A DNA stretch of 64,000 bases, from assembly GCA_965153355.1 (NCBI GenBank), contig OZ231126.1, positions 5,456,001 to 5,520,000 of the forward strand, written 5' to 3'. The notes under the pieces were generated by a model, which did not search any database, was not told the origin of the DNA, and saw only the letters and a list, made by a program, of their open reading frames with translations. The stretch is from Flaccisagitta enflata (taxonomy: Eukaryota). Positions 1 to 39,658 of this stretch are shown one piece after another (the first letter of the stretch is position 1; each line of letters starts with the position of its first letter). The translations under genes and the position numbers were made by a program.

Positions 1-647
1 AAAAGATAAATAAATACATAATTACACCTGCAGCAACTGAAGCGGAACAGACAGACAAACAGACTGATGTAAAAATGCACCTCTAAAAAAATCACCCAAT
101 AGACAAGGCCTCTCATAGAATCGCGAATGCGTAACCAAAAATGTAGCTTAAGGTTTTTGATTTTTAACAAGGCCAGATACACAGCCAGTAAGTAATCGTT
201 TGCGGGTGGGCAGGGGCAGTAATGCTTATAGGCAGGGGCAATATGTGGGTGGGGGTAAGCCGTAATGCTCAAAGATCACCGATTCCGTTTTGTTCAGATT
301 TTTGCGTTACGGATCTTCCCAGGGACAAACCCTCTCAAAGAGTCGCTTAGCAAGCGGCTAAAGAAAATTGAAGTATGGGACCCTGAAGACGGCCAATAAA
401 AGCAGATTGTTTTTTTTTTGGCTGCTGCGAAATCGGAACTCTATATCAGCAGCTTTGTCCCTGTATCAGTTTGACTGCCTGTTGGTCAGTTAGTTGATCC
501 ACCCATCTCCCTGCGTAATACTCAAGTTGACAGTTTGTAGACACAAATTTGTAGTATCCCCAACCCATCGTACCGAACAGCTAAATTGTTAGATTTTATT
601 TTAGTCTGATGTTTATCAAATCTTACACCGGTGATTTCTCAATCTGA

Positions 648-3141
648 TTGACAATTTTGATAGAAGCAATTTCTGGAGTGTGTCGATTCTGTAACGCGGA
701 AATTGCGAAAGAGGTGAATTGGCATAAAGTGGAATTCTTGCTGTCAAAGTACAAATCTAGTGTGGAATTGGATCATCATCTAAAACCAAAATTTGTATGC
801 AGACCATGTGCTGATCAAGTGCAAGAAAATCATAAGAGACAGTTAAATCATGATCACTTTAAAAGGCAAAAGTATGAGAAAAAGTTTTTGCCCAAATTTG
901 TTCCCTCGGCAACTGATTGCAAATTCGGAAAGTGCGATCACATAGATCTGGATCCAAATGTTTTGAAAGCCATGTGAGGGGAAAATGAACGAACAAAGAC
1001 AGTGCGAGTTTCTGGCATTCTTAGTCCAAGATATAAAATCATCTATAGTAAAGGACATAACTGAGAATTTTGAAGGCATGAAAGATGGCAGAGCATTTTC
1101 AGGGAAGTTTCTTGATGAAATGGATCTTATGCAGTACTTGAAAGGCAGAGACAAAAGAGTCCTTACTTTTATATTGGCAATGATGAATCGAAACTGTAAT
1201 AACTTGGGCGATGATTTACCCAAAGCGGTTATACTTTTAGAGAGCATATATCACGCGAGTTGCGGAAACATTATGCCCTACAGTTTCACTTTAAATCTCA
1301 TTTTGTACAAAAAAGTCAGTTCTAAGTTCCTGTCAAATCTTTGGGGGAACTTGCATGGAGGAGGCAATTACACTGTACTGCTTGAATGGTTAAAGAATTA
1401 TTCAGATGAGAACCCCGCAAGTCTAACATGCTTTGATGATGTGGTTATTGCAACCGATAACGAACAAAAACTCGGAAAAACTTATGTCACATCAATCCAT
1501 AGTACTATTACCACATCTGTTATTTTGGTAATTGTTGCTTTCTTTCTCAATCTTCAAAAATATTACCAATACGTCAAAACTGGTTGCACATCCTTTTGGC
1601 GATATGGAGAAAAGGGGATACAAACGATGAAAAGAAAAACATTATGACAAAAGCTCTGGAGGGAAGAGTAAAAGGTTAATTTAATGTTATTCTGTTATGA
1701 ATAAAGAAATACTCAAGTAACAATTAAAATGAACAAATTTTGGTCAAATTCTAAGCTAAGCTGGAACTGTCGTTGTGCACTTGTTTTTTATACCAAATAC
1801 ATAATCACAGGGGGCCTTTTGTTTGTTTGTTCATGCATCCCCCCTCCAGGCTCAAATGCCAGCCTCAAGGCTCAAATCTTAGCCTCAAGGCCCAAATCTC
1901 AGCCTCAAAGCCCAAACCCTAGCCTTGAGGCACAAACTCAGCCTGTCGGTTCAAATCCCAGCCTTGTGGCACAAATCCCAATGTCAAGGCTCAAATTTCA
2001 GCCTTGAGGCTTTAATCCCAGCCTCACGGCTCGAATCCATTTTTTACTGACAAACAAGAGGCACCCTTGGAGCTGCTGCCCTGCTAACCATCACCTATAA
2101 ACACTAACATAGATAGTCGCAAAAGCGTTAGATGGTCAGTGGTACCCGTGCCCTGCCTAAGTAGGTTTTGGTTGAAGTTGAAGGGGGGGGCAGGGCAGTG
2201 GCCCAGAAGGGGTCGATGACCTATGCTTTCACACATATGGGAAATTTTCTCCTCCTCCTCCTCCTCCTCCTCCTCCTCCTTCTCCTCCGCACACTCCCTT
2301 CCCCCAGCCTCCAGGCCCATATCTCAGCCTGGAGGCCCATATCCCAGCCTTGGGGCTCAAATCTCAGTCTTGATGTCCAAATCCCTAGAGACTGAGATCT
2401 GGGCCTTGGGGTTGGGATTTGGGCCTTGAGGATGGGATTTGGACCTCAAGACGTGGATTTGGGCCCCGAGGCTGGGATATGGGCCCCCAGGCTGAGATAT
2501 GGGCCTGGAGGCTGGGGGGAGGGGGGTGCGGAGAAGCAGGAGGAGGAGAAAATTCCCCATATGTGTGAAAGCATAGGTCATCAACCTCTTCGAGGCCGCT
2601 GCCCAAAAGCAGGGCAACGGGTATTGCTGACCATATATTGCCCTTGGGCTACTGTTTCTAAACTGCTTACTACCTGGTTTTTCAAATGACCGTTTATAAA
2701 ACGATTTTGTTATCCACGCCACCTGATATTTCTTCATTCATGACCAAATATTGTAAAGGTAACGATATTTGTGAATGGAAAAAGATTCACGAGGAAGAAA
2801 TATTAAGACTTGTAGAAGAGACACTGGAATGTTTGAAGAACATTAGTCGAGAGACAGCAATGACTCAAGCAGTTGAAGAAAAGAAAAAGAATGAAACTAC
2901 AAAAATCTGTCCAAATAAGGCTTGTGGGATAAGATACTCTAAGAGTTGCAGAAAATGCACTTCTTGTGGAAAGTGGTACGAGCAATGCCTGAATGAAAAT
3001 GGTGGTTTGGATCAGATAGAAGATCAGTGTATGGAATCAGATTCATGGAGACCAGACAAATACTACAACCACTTTGCTTCAAATCATTTATCGAACAGCC
3101 TGACAACACAAGTAATTGAGCCCTTGCTTTCCAACCCAAGC

Positions 3142-3145
<4 letters not shown>
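648..3145 (+). pseudogene. Fragmented transposase-like ORFs (Cys-rich motifs), interrupted by short repeats
   Basis: ORFs 648-977, 985-1647 and ~2686-3145 are collinear, with CxxC motifs, LHGGGNY, IATDNEQKLGK and EPLLSNP; ends at a (GA)n tract. Family not recognised with certainty. Confidence 0.4.
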
Positions 3146-3190
<45 letters not shown>

Positions 3191-3689
3191 GTGAAATATG
3201 TACGGATTAAGAGCAGGGTCTAGTAATGAAGTCATTAGAATTAGTGCCTTTAGTGACTTAATGGCTTCTATAAGGTTTCAATTCTAATGACCAGGTGGAA
3301 GTCATTAGGCCTAATTACCAAGCTTTATCCAACAGTCAAGGTAATGAGTCCGAGCTCAAATGACTTCACCCATGAGTATCCCTTGATCAGAGATACTTCT
3401 GATTAAAATTTGATCAAAATCGAAGGGGGGCATGTTTGAGCATTTGCCCCTTCGATTTTTGTCAGGCTGCATAGAATGTGCCTACTGAGGTCATGTGCAA
3501 CAAATCAGGTATTAAATTGAAGCCTGAGAGCAGGGGTTTCTATTGATACATCGTTTACATAGTTTGAAGCATAATTAGTGTGAAAACACACTATTGCAAA
3601 ATAGAGAAAAATGGTAAGTCATTAGAATCATAGACATCTAGGACGACTGAGCTGTCTAAGCATTCCGATACGTGATAATTTCACAATAC

Positions 3690-30143
<26,454 letters not shown>

Positions 30144-31040
30144 CTGCACAATCGACAAAAACATATTAAATGATTATTAAACAATTGAAATTGACAATCG
30201 ATATCGGATGAGATTGAGTACTTATCCGTTACAACGATAACAAAGCACAAAGCCAAGGAAGTATTTTTCCCAAGCTGACAAACATGCAACAATGTTTCAT
30301 GACAAATACGATTTCGCGACTAAGTGATGACAATTAACAACTAAAAGCCGAATCGTTGTATTTCTTTCGGTACGCCAAATATGATGGCCTATTCTAAGAT
30401 TTTATCTTATTCAATTCCGTCATTCTTTAAAGTTATTCAATCAATAACGTTTTTTAGAAAATACAATATTCTTTTGCTTTGTTACTCTACAGTCTACACT
30501 CGCAGTTTTCTTTTCTTTTTTTCTTTTTTGTTCATTAATATCATCAATTACCTATTTCTTTGAGAATATGAATATAAAAAGACCAGTCATAGTTGGCGGA
30601 CAGTGCATTGCGGCTTTCTCTTTTACAATCTGTCGTCATTCTCATTCCATTCAAATATTTCATTTAAATAAAAAAGCGTCAAAGAATCGAGAAAAAAATG
30701 TCAACAATCGAGAAGAAAGAAAAGTTTAAATCCTTTACGCAATCTGTGAGAATTCCTAAATATATTTTGTTTGATATCCGTATGGCAAACAAAAGGTGCG
30801 AAGATGGCAAACAAAAGGTACCTGCTGTGCAACAAATTCCTACAAATTCGCCGACAGATGGCGAAAATAAGGAGCATCAAAATAAAAAGGAAAGCGTGAA
30901 TTGTGAACGAAAAAGTTGTAAATAAGAAATGAGGCACAAAAGCAATTTAATACATGACTTTTCATATGCTTAAACTTAGTTTCAAACGAAGCAAAGAAAA
31001 AAACTTGAAAAGCGGCAAAACAGGCGCTAAACATCGTTTT

Positions 31041-31315
31041 CTGAGGGCATGTTTCTAGCGACGACAAAAAACGCGTTTCTTCCCGTGAAACGCGTTTACA
31101 GCGTGAACACATATTCAAGGATTTTATCCGTCTCACGAGGGAGTGAGCAAAGTGAGTGAGCGAGCCCGTGAACAGAGCGAGTGAGCAAAGTGAGCAGAGC
31201 AAAGCAGAGCCTTGCAGAGCGAGTGAGCGGAGTGAGCAGTACGAGTGAACCAATGTAGCGAGCGACCAAGTGGCCCATTAAAAACTCGATTGTCTCTGAC
31301 TAGAAACGCCCCCAG
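31041..31315. mobile_element. Small MITE with internal GAGCGAGTGAGC repeats
   Basis: Inverted ends CTG.GGGC..GTTTCTAG / CTAGAAACGCCCCCAG. Confidence 0.5.
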
Positions 31316-31889
31316 AGTGTGAATGTCTACATTTGAAATAAAAAATGTGTAAATTTTGTGGTTATTTTATGTGATTTATTCACACCTGAGCAAAAATACC
31401 GCTGTACGCGAACTACAAAGACGAAGATAGGGACGAAAAACATACACAAAGTTTAAGAATTGATTTAAGTTTTAAATTCATTGATGAGGGAATGCCGTTT
31501 TATCATTTAAGATGGCATTTTTTCATGAAACAATCATGGTTTTGATTTGAAATGGTCATTTGACAAAGGGCATGAATGTTGGGGTAGGGGGGGTGGGGTA
31601 GGTTAGAGTTCGGGGGAAAACTTATGCCCTCCATTTATCTGAGTTCATAAACGAACTCTCACGTTTCATTTCTTCCTTTCTTCCTAATGTCCTCCTTTGT
31701 CAGGATACGAAATGTAAACGACAAAACATAAACAAAATACACACACATAAACAAAAAGCACACACACACGTAAACAAAAAAAGCACACACACACACACGT
31801 AAACATCACTTCCACTCTCTTTTGAGGAAAGAGCAAAAAAACTGCGTAACCGATATCAGCGATAAGAGTTCGGGCCACCTACCAACCTC

Positions 31890-32100
31890 GAATGCCAAGA
31901 TAGAGTGAATTACTGCATGTAACCACCACTTCCACCAATTCACCCAACTGCGAGTGCCCAGAGTGTATTACTGCATTTACCCACCACTACCACCATTTCA
32001 CCCAACTTTGAGTGCCCAGAGTGAATTACTGCATTTAACCACCACTACCACCATTTCACCCAACTTTGAGTGCCCAGAGTGAATTACTGCATTTAACCAC
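31890..32100. repeat. ~59-bp tandem repeat
   Basis: 3-4 copies of GAGTGCCCAGAGTGAATTACTGCATTTAACCACC... Confidence 0.85.
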
Positions 32101-33758
32101 CAATCCTCTCCAATATCCATCCGTCCATCCATCTATTCTTATCTGCCGGGTCGGTTTGTCTGTCTGACGGTTAGGCTTTACAAGGAATAATTCAAGAAAA
32201 AACTGAATTCCTTCAAAACACAATTTCTTGTTTTCTTTGAAAGTTTTGCTTTGCTTCAACTTCTACTTAGGAGTAAATCTTGAATTCACTTGGATTGAGG
32301 GAAAACTCACTTCTCAATGAAAATGAAATATGATCCGTTAAGTACTTTTAGCATCTCAAAAAATCCTAAGCAAAGCATGTTGTTGTTGTTTTTGTTGTTG
32401 TTGTTTTTGTTGTTGTTGTTACTAGGGATGATTTTAAAGTAGGGCTTTGAAAATATCAAAAAAAAAAAAATTATAGTAAAAGGAAGGGAATTCAGTCTTT
32501 TTCTCCCTCAAAACAATACTATCTAGGTAATGAATATACGGACACCTAACTTATCAATATAGCAGCTAAACTGCAACAATCAACTCAAAAATAAAAGAAG
32601 ATCAACAAATTATGACAAAATATCTTCCATTCAAGACCAAGCGGAGGTCAGTAGCTCAAACCGTTTTCCCTTGAGAGCGTTTTAAAGAGAAACTGTCATT
32701 TTACCAAGATCATATTTTGAGGTTATCAGTTCTAATCTTAAAAGGACAACCTATGCTGAGAGAGCTCTCAAATCTAAACGGATTCACCAAAATCATTTTG
32801 CTTGGCCTCGTTAGATCACATTTTTTACAATTTTTTTGACTGTGGAAAACATTGAAGGCTGCAGTTAAACATATTGCTTTCAAATTATCTAATTGGGAAA
32901 AAAATCGAAAAACGTTTTCGATTTTTTGAGTTTGCTTAGGAATTAATTTTTTCCATTTTCGCTTGATAATTTGAGGTTAACTTGGAGGTCACTTCGCCCG
33001 AGGCTGGGTTAAATTGGTACAGGGTAAGAGGGCACTTTTTTACACCTTCTGGAAAATCAGGGCACTGTCGGACCAATACTTTAGGCGCTATGAATTTTTT
33101 AATCTTTTTTTATTTTTTCGCATTTTCCACATTTTTCTCAAAGATCTTTATTTTTCATCGATCTCAATTTTGAGCACTAAATTACTATAAAAATGAGTTC
33201 AGCAGAGGGCAGAGAGAGGGAGTGAGAGGGAGGAAGGAGAGGAAGGAGAGAGAGGGAAGGAGAGGGAGGGAAGAGAGGGAGGAGGGATAGGAGGGTGGGA
33301 GAAGGAGGAGGGGAGGGTGAGAGGAGGGAGGGAGAGGAGGAGAGAGAGTAGGAGGGAGAGGGGGAGGGGGAGGAAAAGGGAAGGAAAGAGAGAGGGAGGG
33401 AGGGACAGAGAGAGAGAGCGAGGGGGAAGGAGGAAGGAAGGAAAGAAGGGAGAGAGAGAGAGAGAGAGAGAGGGGAGGGTAGGAGGAGGGAGAGATTGAG
33501 GGAGGGAGAGAGGGGAGAGAGGGGGGGAGAGGGGGAGGAAAGGAGGAAGAAAGAGGAGGGAGAGGAGGGAGGGAGAGGGAGGAGAGGGAGGGAGGAGTGA
33601 GAGGGGAGGGAGAGCTAGAGGAGAGGGAAAGGGAGGGAGCGAGGGAGAGAGAGGGAGAGAGAGGGAGAGATGAGGAGGAAAAAGATGGGAGGGAGAGGGA
33701 TAGGAAAGAAGAGAGACGGAGGAGCATTAGAGAGAGAGAGGTGAGAGTCACACATTAC

Positions 33759-33824
<66 letters not shown>

Positions 33825-34933
33825 CAGCCCTTTTACGATTTTTTTTTTTTCTGGTCGGCGGAGAGCTGCCTTACTGGTATCACACAAAAACCAAACCACT
33901 ATATGATTTTTGTGCTTGTTGAGAAATACAGTCACACTGAGTGTTGATAAAATCATGTAAAACCAATCCCATAGAAACCCAAAACAGAAGCAGTTCATAG
34001 ATCAAAATACCATAAAATGACAAGAAATTGATTTATTTGACCATACATTTCATTCAGTGAGTGATAAGACTGACTTTTCTCCAGCTGTCCGTATATTTAT
34101 TTCCTAGATAGTATATCGGAGAAAAAAGTCATGAGATACTCCTCATTTGGGAGTAAATCAGGAATCAGGATTTCCCGAAAAATCTACCGATCACGTTTTT
34201 GCCATTATTAATCTTTTTATCAAATTACAATCATTTTAGTCTCGGATTGGTCTGCGCCACGTCATGCGGGACTCGATATTTTGGTTGGAAGAAGGAAAAA
34301 CTAACGCAAAGAAGAATGAATGAATGAATGAATGAATGAATGAATGAATGAATGAATGAATGAATGAATGAATGAATGAATGAATGAATGAAAGAATGAA
34401 TGAATGTATGAATGAATGAATGAATCGAATGAATGAATGAACATGAATGAACGAATGATCAACGAATGATTGAATGATAGAGGGAATGATTGAATGAATG
34501 AATGACTGAATGAATGAATGACTGAATGTACAAATGAATGAACACATAAATGAATGAATGAATGAATGAATGAATGCGTAAAAGAAAAAAGAATAAATGA
34601 AGGAATTAAAGAATTGATGAATAAATGAATAAATGAAGGAATGAATGAAAGATTAAAGGAGACCACCACTCTCATCTCCTTGTCAAAATTTCGAGCTTCT
34701 AACCTCTCTGATTTGGAAACGTTATTGCGTAGTTGCGTATTCACTCAAAAAGCTGAAGGCTAGCGGCATCAACTCAAAAGTAGTAAATTTCGGGTCTATG
34801 AAATACGATTTCTGATTTCTGACCTACATCCTTACAGATTCTATACAACAAATGCTTCATTCGGGCCAGATTTAGTGGTTTCGCTATTAGCTGTGAATGA
34901 GAAATGAAGTGAGAATGAGATAGAATGAGATAG

Positions 34934-35132
<199 letters not shown>

Positions 35133-35246
35133 GAGGTGTAATGCATACCCGAAATGTAAACAAATTTTGTGCTAATCACAAGTTTAAATCATGGAAAAGG
35201 AAAACCGGTTGACCCCCGGGGTAGAGGAGGAGGTGGGGGAGGAAAA

Positions 35247-36242
35247 TGTTACGATCCTGAATTCGTCTCTCAGGCCACGCGGCGCGGAAAAGACTCACTC
35301 GATGGCTAAAGAGAAAGACGCTTGAACGGCGCCGCCTCTCGGCGCCTACGACGCCGCCTCTCGACGCCGACGACGCCGCCTCTCAACGCCGGCGACGCCG
35401 CCTCTCAACGCCGGCGACGCCGCCTCGGTCGCGCGGCGCCGCTCTTCTCCTAATCCACGAACGGCTGCGGGGATGAAGCCAACGCACGGACGATCGCGAC
35501 AACAGATATCCTCAACACGTTGACGGGCGCTCGAGAATGAGACCTGAGAATGGGAATTCGGAATGACGGAAGAATGGACGGAGGAATGGAAAGAAGAATG
35601 GCGGAGAAGAATGGACAGAAGAATGGCGATCGGAAGAATGGACAGAAGAATGGCGATCGGATTTGGGCCAACGGGACTGATGCTCTGGCTCAAATAAGCC
35701 CTTAATAGAGAGACTCTCAAACATTGGGCCTACGGATTAGCCCCTAAAATAGCCTCTCTACCGACGGAATTCCTAGCTAGTTTCCTCCCGTTATAAGTTA
35801 GCAGGGCATATTTTTGTATCAGTGCAAATATAACTATCATTTCACCATTCTAATGCTGTGTCTCTCATTTCTTTGCATATTTATAAAGTACGGGAAATAT
35901 GGGTCTCTGAAGGCTCAGTTTGGTTTGTAGATATCTGCCTCTGGTCTCACTCTTACGTACGTCTTTTACCATCTATGTACCATTTTTACCATCTCAAGGT
36001 CATTATACCATCCATTATACACTTTATCCATACGATGATGACTGTGGAAACCGGGCTAGGAACTCGTGCTGTTCGTCTCTGGCTGGTTGGGCCATCCTTG
36101 GGGGTCGTGTGGTGGAGATCGCTCTCTTGGGGCCCGCATCCTAGAGGCCCACCTCTCATCATTCTTATGTCGACATCGTGCCATGGTGAATATCGTTCCG
36201 CCCATTATCATCATCACCACTCCCAAATATCATCTTCTAAAA
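35247..36242 (+). repeat. 5' LTR (996 bp)
   Basis: Begins TGTTACGATCC, ends CATCTTCTAAAA; near-identical to 49060-50076. Contains CGACGCCGCCTCTC and GAAGAATGG minisatellites. Confidence 0.95.
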
Positions 36243-36243
36243 G

Positions 36244-36255
36244 TGGTGCATCGGC
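36244..36255 (+). promoter_or_regulatory. Primer-binding site, tRNA-Gly(GCC)
   Basis: TGGTGCATCGGC lies 1 nt after the LTR and is complementary to the 3' end (GCCGAUGCA-CCA) of invertebrate tRNA-Gly(GCC), as recalled. Confidence 0.8.
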
Positions 36256-37562
36256 ACACTAGTCCAACGCAGCGTCATCTAACACTATCAACTAACACAG
36301 AATCATCAAAATCGCGATAGAATCAGTCTCGCTGCCACGGGAACGCGGGAAGAACGACGATTCCAAGTATAAGGGACCGCTCACTACGATGCGCAATTCA
36401 GTCTTCCCATAGGTGGGGCAATCCAGGCGGGGATTGAAGGGGAGTAAAATTCCGGAAAACTCCGAAGAAAAATGAAGGTCTCAGACAAATGACGAAACCT
36501 CATTGACTCTTTTGGTGCAACCGATGTCTCTTCGAAAGTCACACAGGTTAAAAAGCTAACGTAATAGGCGCTGATGGCACTACGCCAACCTTCTTTCCGC
36601 GAAAATAGTCAATACTTTCTAGGACAGATTTCTTGGATTCGAACTTTTAAACGTGTTGTCATCCCTGTAATGTGTGACTGATACAAATACCAAAAAACAA
36701 AAACAAAAACAATTTAAAAATTAGATGGCCGATTAATGAGACCGGGGCAGATATAGATACAAACCATAGGAACAGTTCTCTGATCAAACAATCCCTGTTT
36801 AATTAAGGTGTTGTGGCTTCCATTTCGCGTTTTAGTCCGGAACATTAACATTTCAAACTGCTTTTATCAATTCATTCCGAACTGCATACCTCCGCGAATT
36901 TTATACTGTGGCCAAATTATATGCGTTACGGCCAGTCTCGAGACAAACCAAGATCATACTTGGTTTCCAATAAAACGGGTTCATTTTAATCACATGTGAA
37001 AGAATTCGGATTTGAGTCAAAGTTTCTCATCAAATTTCACTTTGATTCACATTAAGCTTGATCCAGTCCAAGGCTGAGATTATCTATCTCGTGTGTAGTC
37101 AAGCCTAATCCAGCTTGACATTGTAATTGGTTTAAAATCAAAGTTTCCCCATCATTTTTCACTTTGATTTATATTAAGCTTGATCCAGTTCAAGGCTGAG
37201 ATCATTCCATCGCATTCTAGCCAAGCCTAATCCAGCTTGACATCGTAATCGGTCTAAAATCAAAGTTTTTGCCATCATCACTTTGATTCATCTAACTTGA
37301 TTTAGCTCATGCCGACATCAAGTTGAATCATCAAGCCTAATCCAGCTTGAAAATTTTACGTAAATAACAAAATAACATACAACGACAACCAGACAAAGTC
37401 AAGCTTACTAACCAACAAAAATCCGAAACTGACAACGTACGTACCCGATAATTTTACCTGATTTTAACTCAAGGTGAGATCTAGTTTTATCGGTTTTATT
37501 CAATGATCATTTGTACTTATTTGTAAATACACACCTCATGGGTGATTGTATGTAAAGAGTTT

Positions 37563-37931
37563 ATGGATCAACAACTTCGTGACAGCGCTGTTGGATACAA
37601 CGCGGGAAATCAATATCAACTGCCCCCACGAAACAACAACCAAGTGGCCGGCAGATCCTTCCCAAGTCTAGCAATCGTCGAGGCCCGAAGAGACGTCAAA
37701 CGCGCGCTACTAATCGCGACACTTGAAATAAAAAGGGACAATCCTGGTCAAACCGCCGACTTCGCTTGGACGTTACTTCAAGACCGTTTGGTAAGAGAAA
37801 CAGTTGTAGAGCAGCATAGCGAGATTCAACAAATCTGGGACTTCGCCTTTAATCAACCAGCAAGACCCCACTTTCAATCCCTTTATCAAACAGATTTGAG
37901 CGAAACCGAATCTCTGTGGTATTCTTTGTAG
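37563..37931 (+). CDS. Small ORF0 upstream of gag (or frameshifted gag N-terminus), unknown function
   Basis: ATG-initiated ~122-aa non-repetitive ORF overlapping the start of the gag frame. Confidence 0.4.
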   Translation: MDQQLRDSAVGYNAGNQYQLPPRNNNQVAGRSFPSLAIVEARRDVKRALLIATLEIKRDNPGQTADFAWTLLQDRLVRETVVEQHSEIQQIWDFAFNQPARPHFQSLYQTDLSETESLWYSL

Positions 37932-38168
37932 TCAAGTGCGTTAATCTGTCGAGAGAATCCGTAACATTGTGGGCCGTATTTTCCCATTCTTACTCAAATC
38001 TTACAATTTCGGGGTCGAGGTCCAAGGCCGAGATCATCAAAAAAATTTTACAACTTCCATCTTACCGCATGAATAAACGGCACCTGCCCATTGTTGAAGC
38101 AATCAGAGCTAACGTGATAAGAAGCAACCGAGAAAGAGAAAGAGCTCAAGCTAACGAAGCCCAAGCTG

Positions 38169-38212
<44 letters not shown>

Positions 38213-39627
38213 AGACAACAGCAACAACGCCGGCAGGTAATACGACCAAGATACCGAGTTTCAACCATGGCTGCTACTGCACAACAAGAGTTGGCCGACG
38301 CGTACAAGCGCAAATCCATCACCTATCCCGATTTTAAGCCGACCATGGATTTTGTGATGTGGGTCAATGGGTACAAGGAGAAAATCAGAATCGCATTTGG
38401 CCTCACCACCGCCCAAAACGATGAAGTCCAAGCGGAAGTGGTGCGCTCCATTTCTGGTCGCCTTCAGACCGGACAAGCGCTTGACGCCTACCACCGTCTC
38501 GCTCAGGCGGACAAGGACAATTACGACCAACTGATTAAAAAGCTTACTGAGGAATTCATCGATCCACAAGAGAAACAGAAATTCCTCGAAGACTTCGAAT
38601 ATACGAAACGGAGGAAAAATCAGTCCATCAAAGATTTCATCCAAGAAATCAAGAAAGACATGGGCAAGTATTCAGACATGCCGGATTACCACATGAACGG
38701 ACAAACAAGGGTTGAGAACACGGCAAAGGTGAGAGAAGGAATCCGGCGATTCCGGAAGGGGATCAGAAACAGGAAAGGAAAGAAAGACAAGGAACAAATG
38801 CGCCAAATCAAATACAACCTCCACAAAGAGGCTGATCTCACGTGGGAAAACGCACTCGACGTCGCATGTAGGTACGAGGCAGCCCACGATTTGAGCTCAG
38901 ATTCATCGGCTTCATCATCGTCGTCGAGCGAGGAAGAAAAAGAAAAAGATGACGATCTCGTCGACTCTCGGACAAAAAGAAGAAAAGATCCAAAAAGTCG
39001 AAGAAGAAGTCGAGCAAAGTTGGCGCAGTAGAGCATGACGTATTCATCGCCACATTGGCCGACAAAGTGGAAATTAACGCCCGTGACATTAAAGGCGTGA
39101 AGAGCGCGCAAGAACGACTAGACACAAATGTCACAGAATGGAAAAACGAAACTTCCTCACGACTTGACAGTCAGAGCTCGGCACTTGCGGAAATCCTCAA
39201 AGAGGTAAGAGGCAACAGACAGCAACCGCAACAGCAACAACAACAACAAACATATTACAATCGCCAGCCTTACCGCCAACAAAACCCAAATCGCCCTAAT
39301 CAATATGTGTGGAAAGGAAGAGTGGGCCAAACGCAGCAAACGGGCTTCAGATACAATCGCAGCACCCCGGCGACTTACCCAGCAACAGCCGCAGCAGCAC
39401 CAGCAGCCGCGGCGCCCGCAGCCGCTGCGCAGCCGCAAGCGGCAGCAGCCCCAGCAACGGTCGCCTATGTGGAATCTGTTGATCCGGCGGCTCAACTTCT
39501 TGGCGCTGAAGGAGGCGGTACCATTACCGTCCCAGTTGGGCAATTTTACGAGTTATGTGACCGCGCCGGCGAGGAAGTTGACGACAACGACATCATCTCG
39601 GCGGTAGAAAACTTAAATTTTCATTAG
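37916..39627 (+). CDS. gag: gag (capsid-like), split by a frameshift near 38965 into 37916-39031 and ~38968-39627
   Basis: Retrotransposon gag pattern (DF..W...Y; L.TGQALDAY..L...YDQL...L..EF; NQSIKDFIQEI). Likely start ATG 38267. The second frame continues DKKKKRS...NLNFH*. No CCHC knuckle seen. Confidence 0.85.
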
Positions 39628-39654
39628 CCAACAGCACCGCGCGGCGAGGTGCTG
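39615..39654 (+). promoter_or_regulatory. Candidate -1 ribosomal frameshift signal
   Basis: In-frame slippery heptamer A AAT TTT (39615-39621) just before the gag stop, followed by hairpin CAGCACC...GGTGCTG (39632-39654). Confidence 0.65.
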
Positions 39655-39658
39655 CTAG

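Noticed and set aside
1800-2690. Short Pro/Ser-rich ORFs
   Set aside because: Derived from a repeat with degenerate ~20-bp units and two inverted copies of a short interspersed element.
34774-34890. IVFHRPEIY / LIAKPLNLARMKHLLYRI as ADGB exon
   Set aside because: No convincing androglobin similarity, and the putative exon's phase does not join the 30143 exon.
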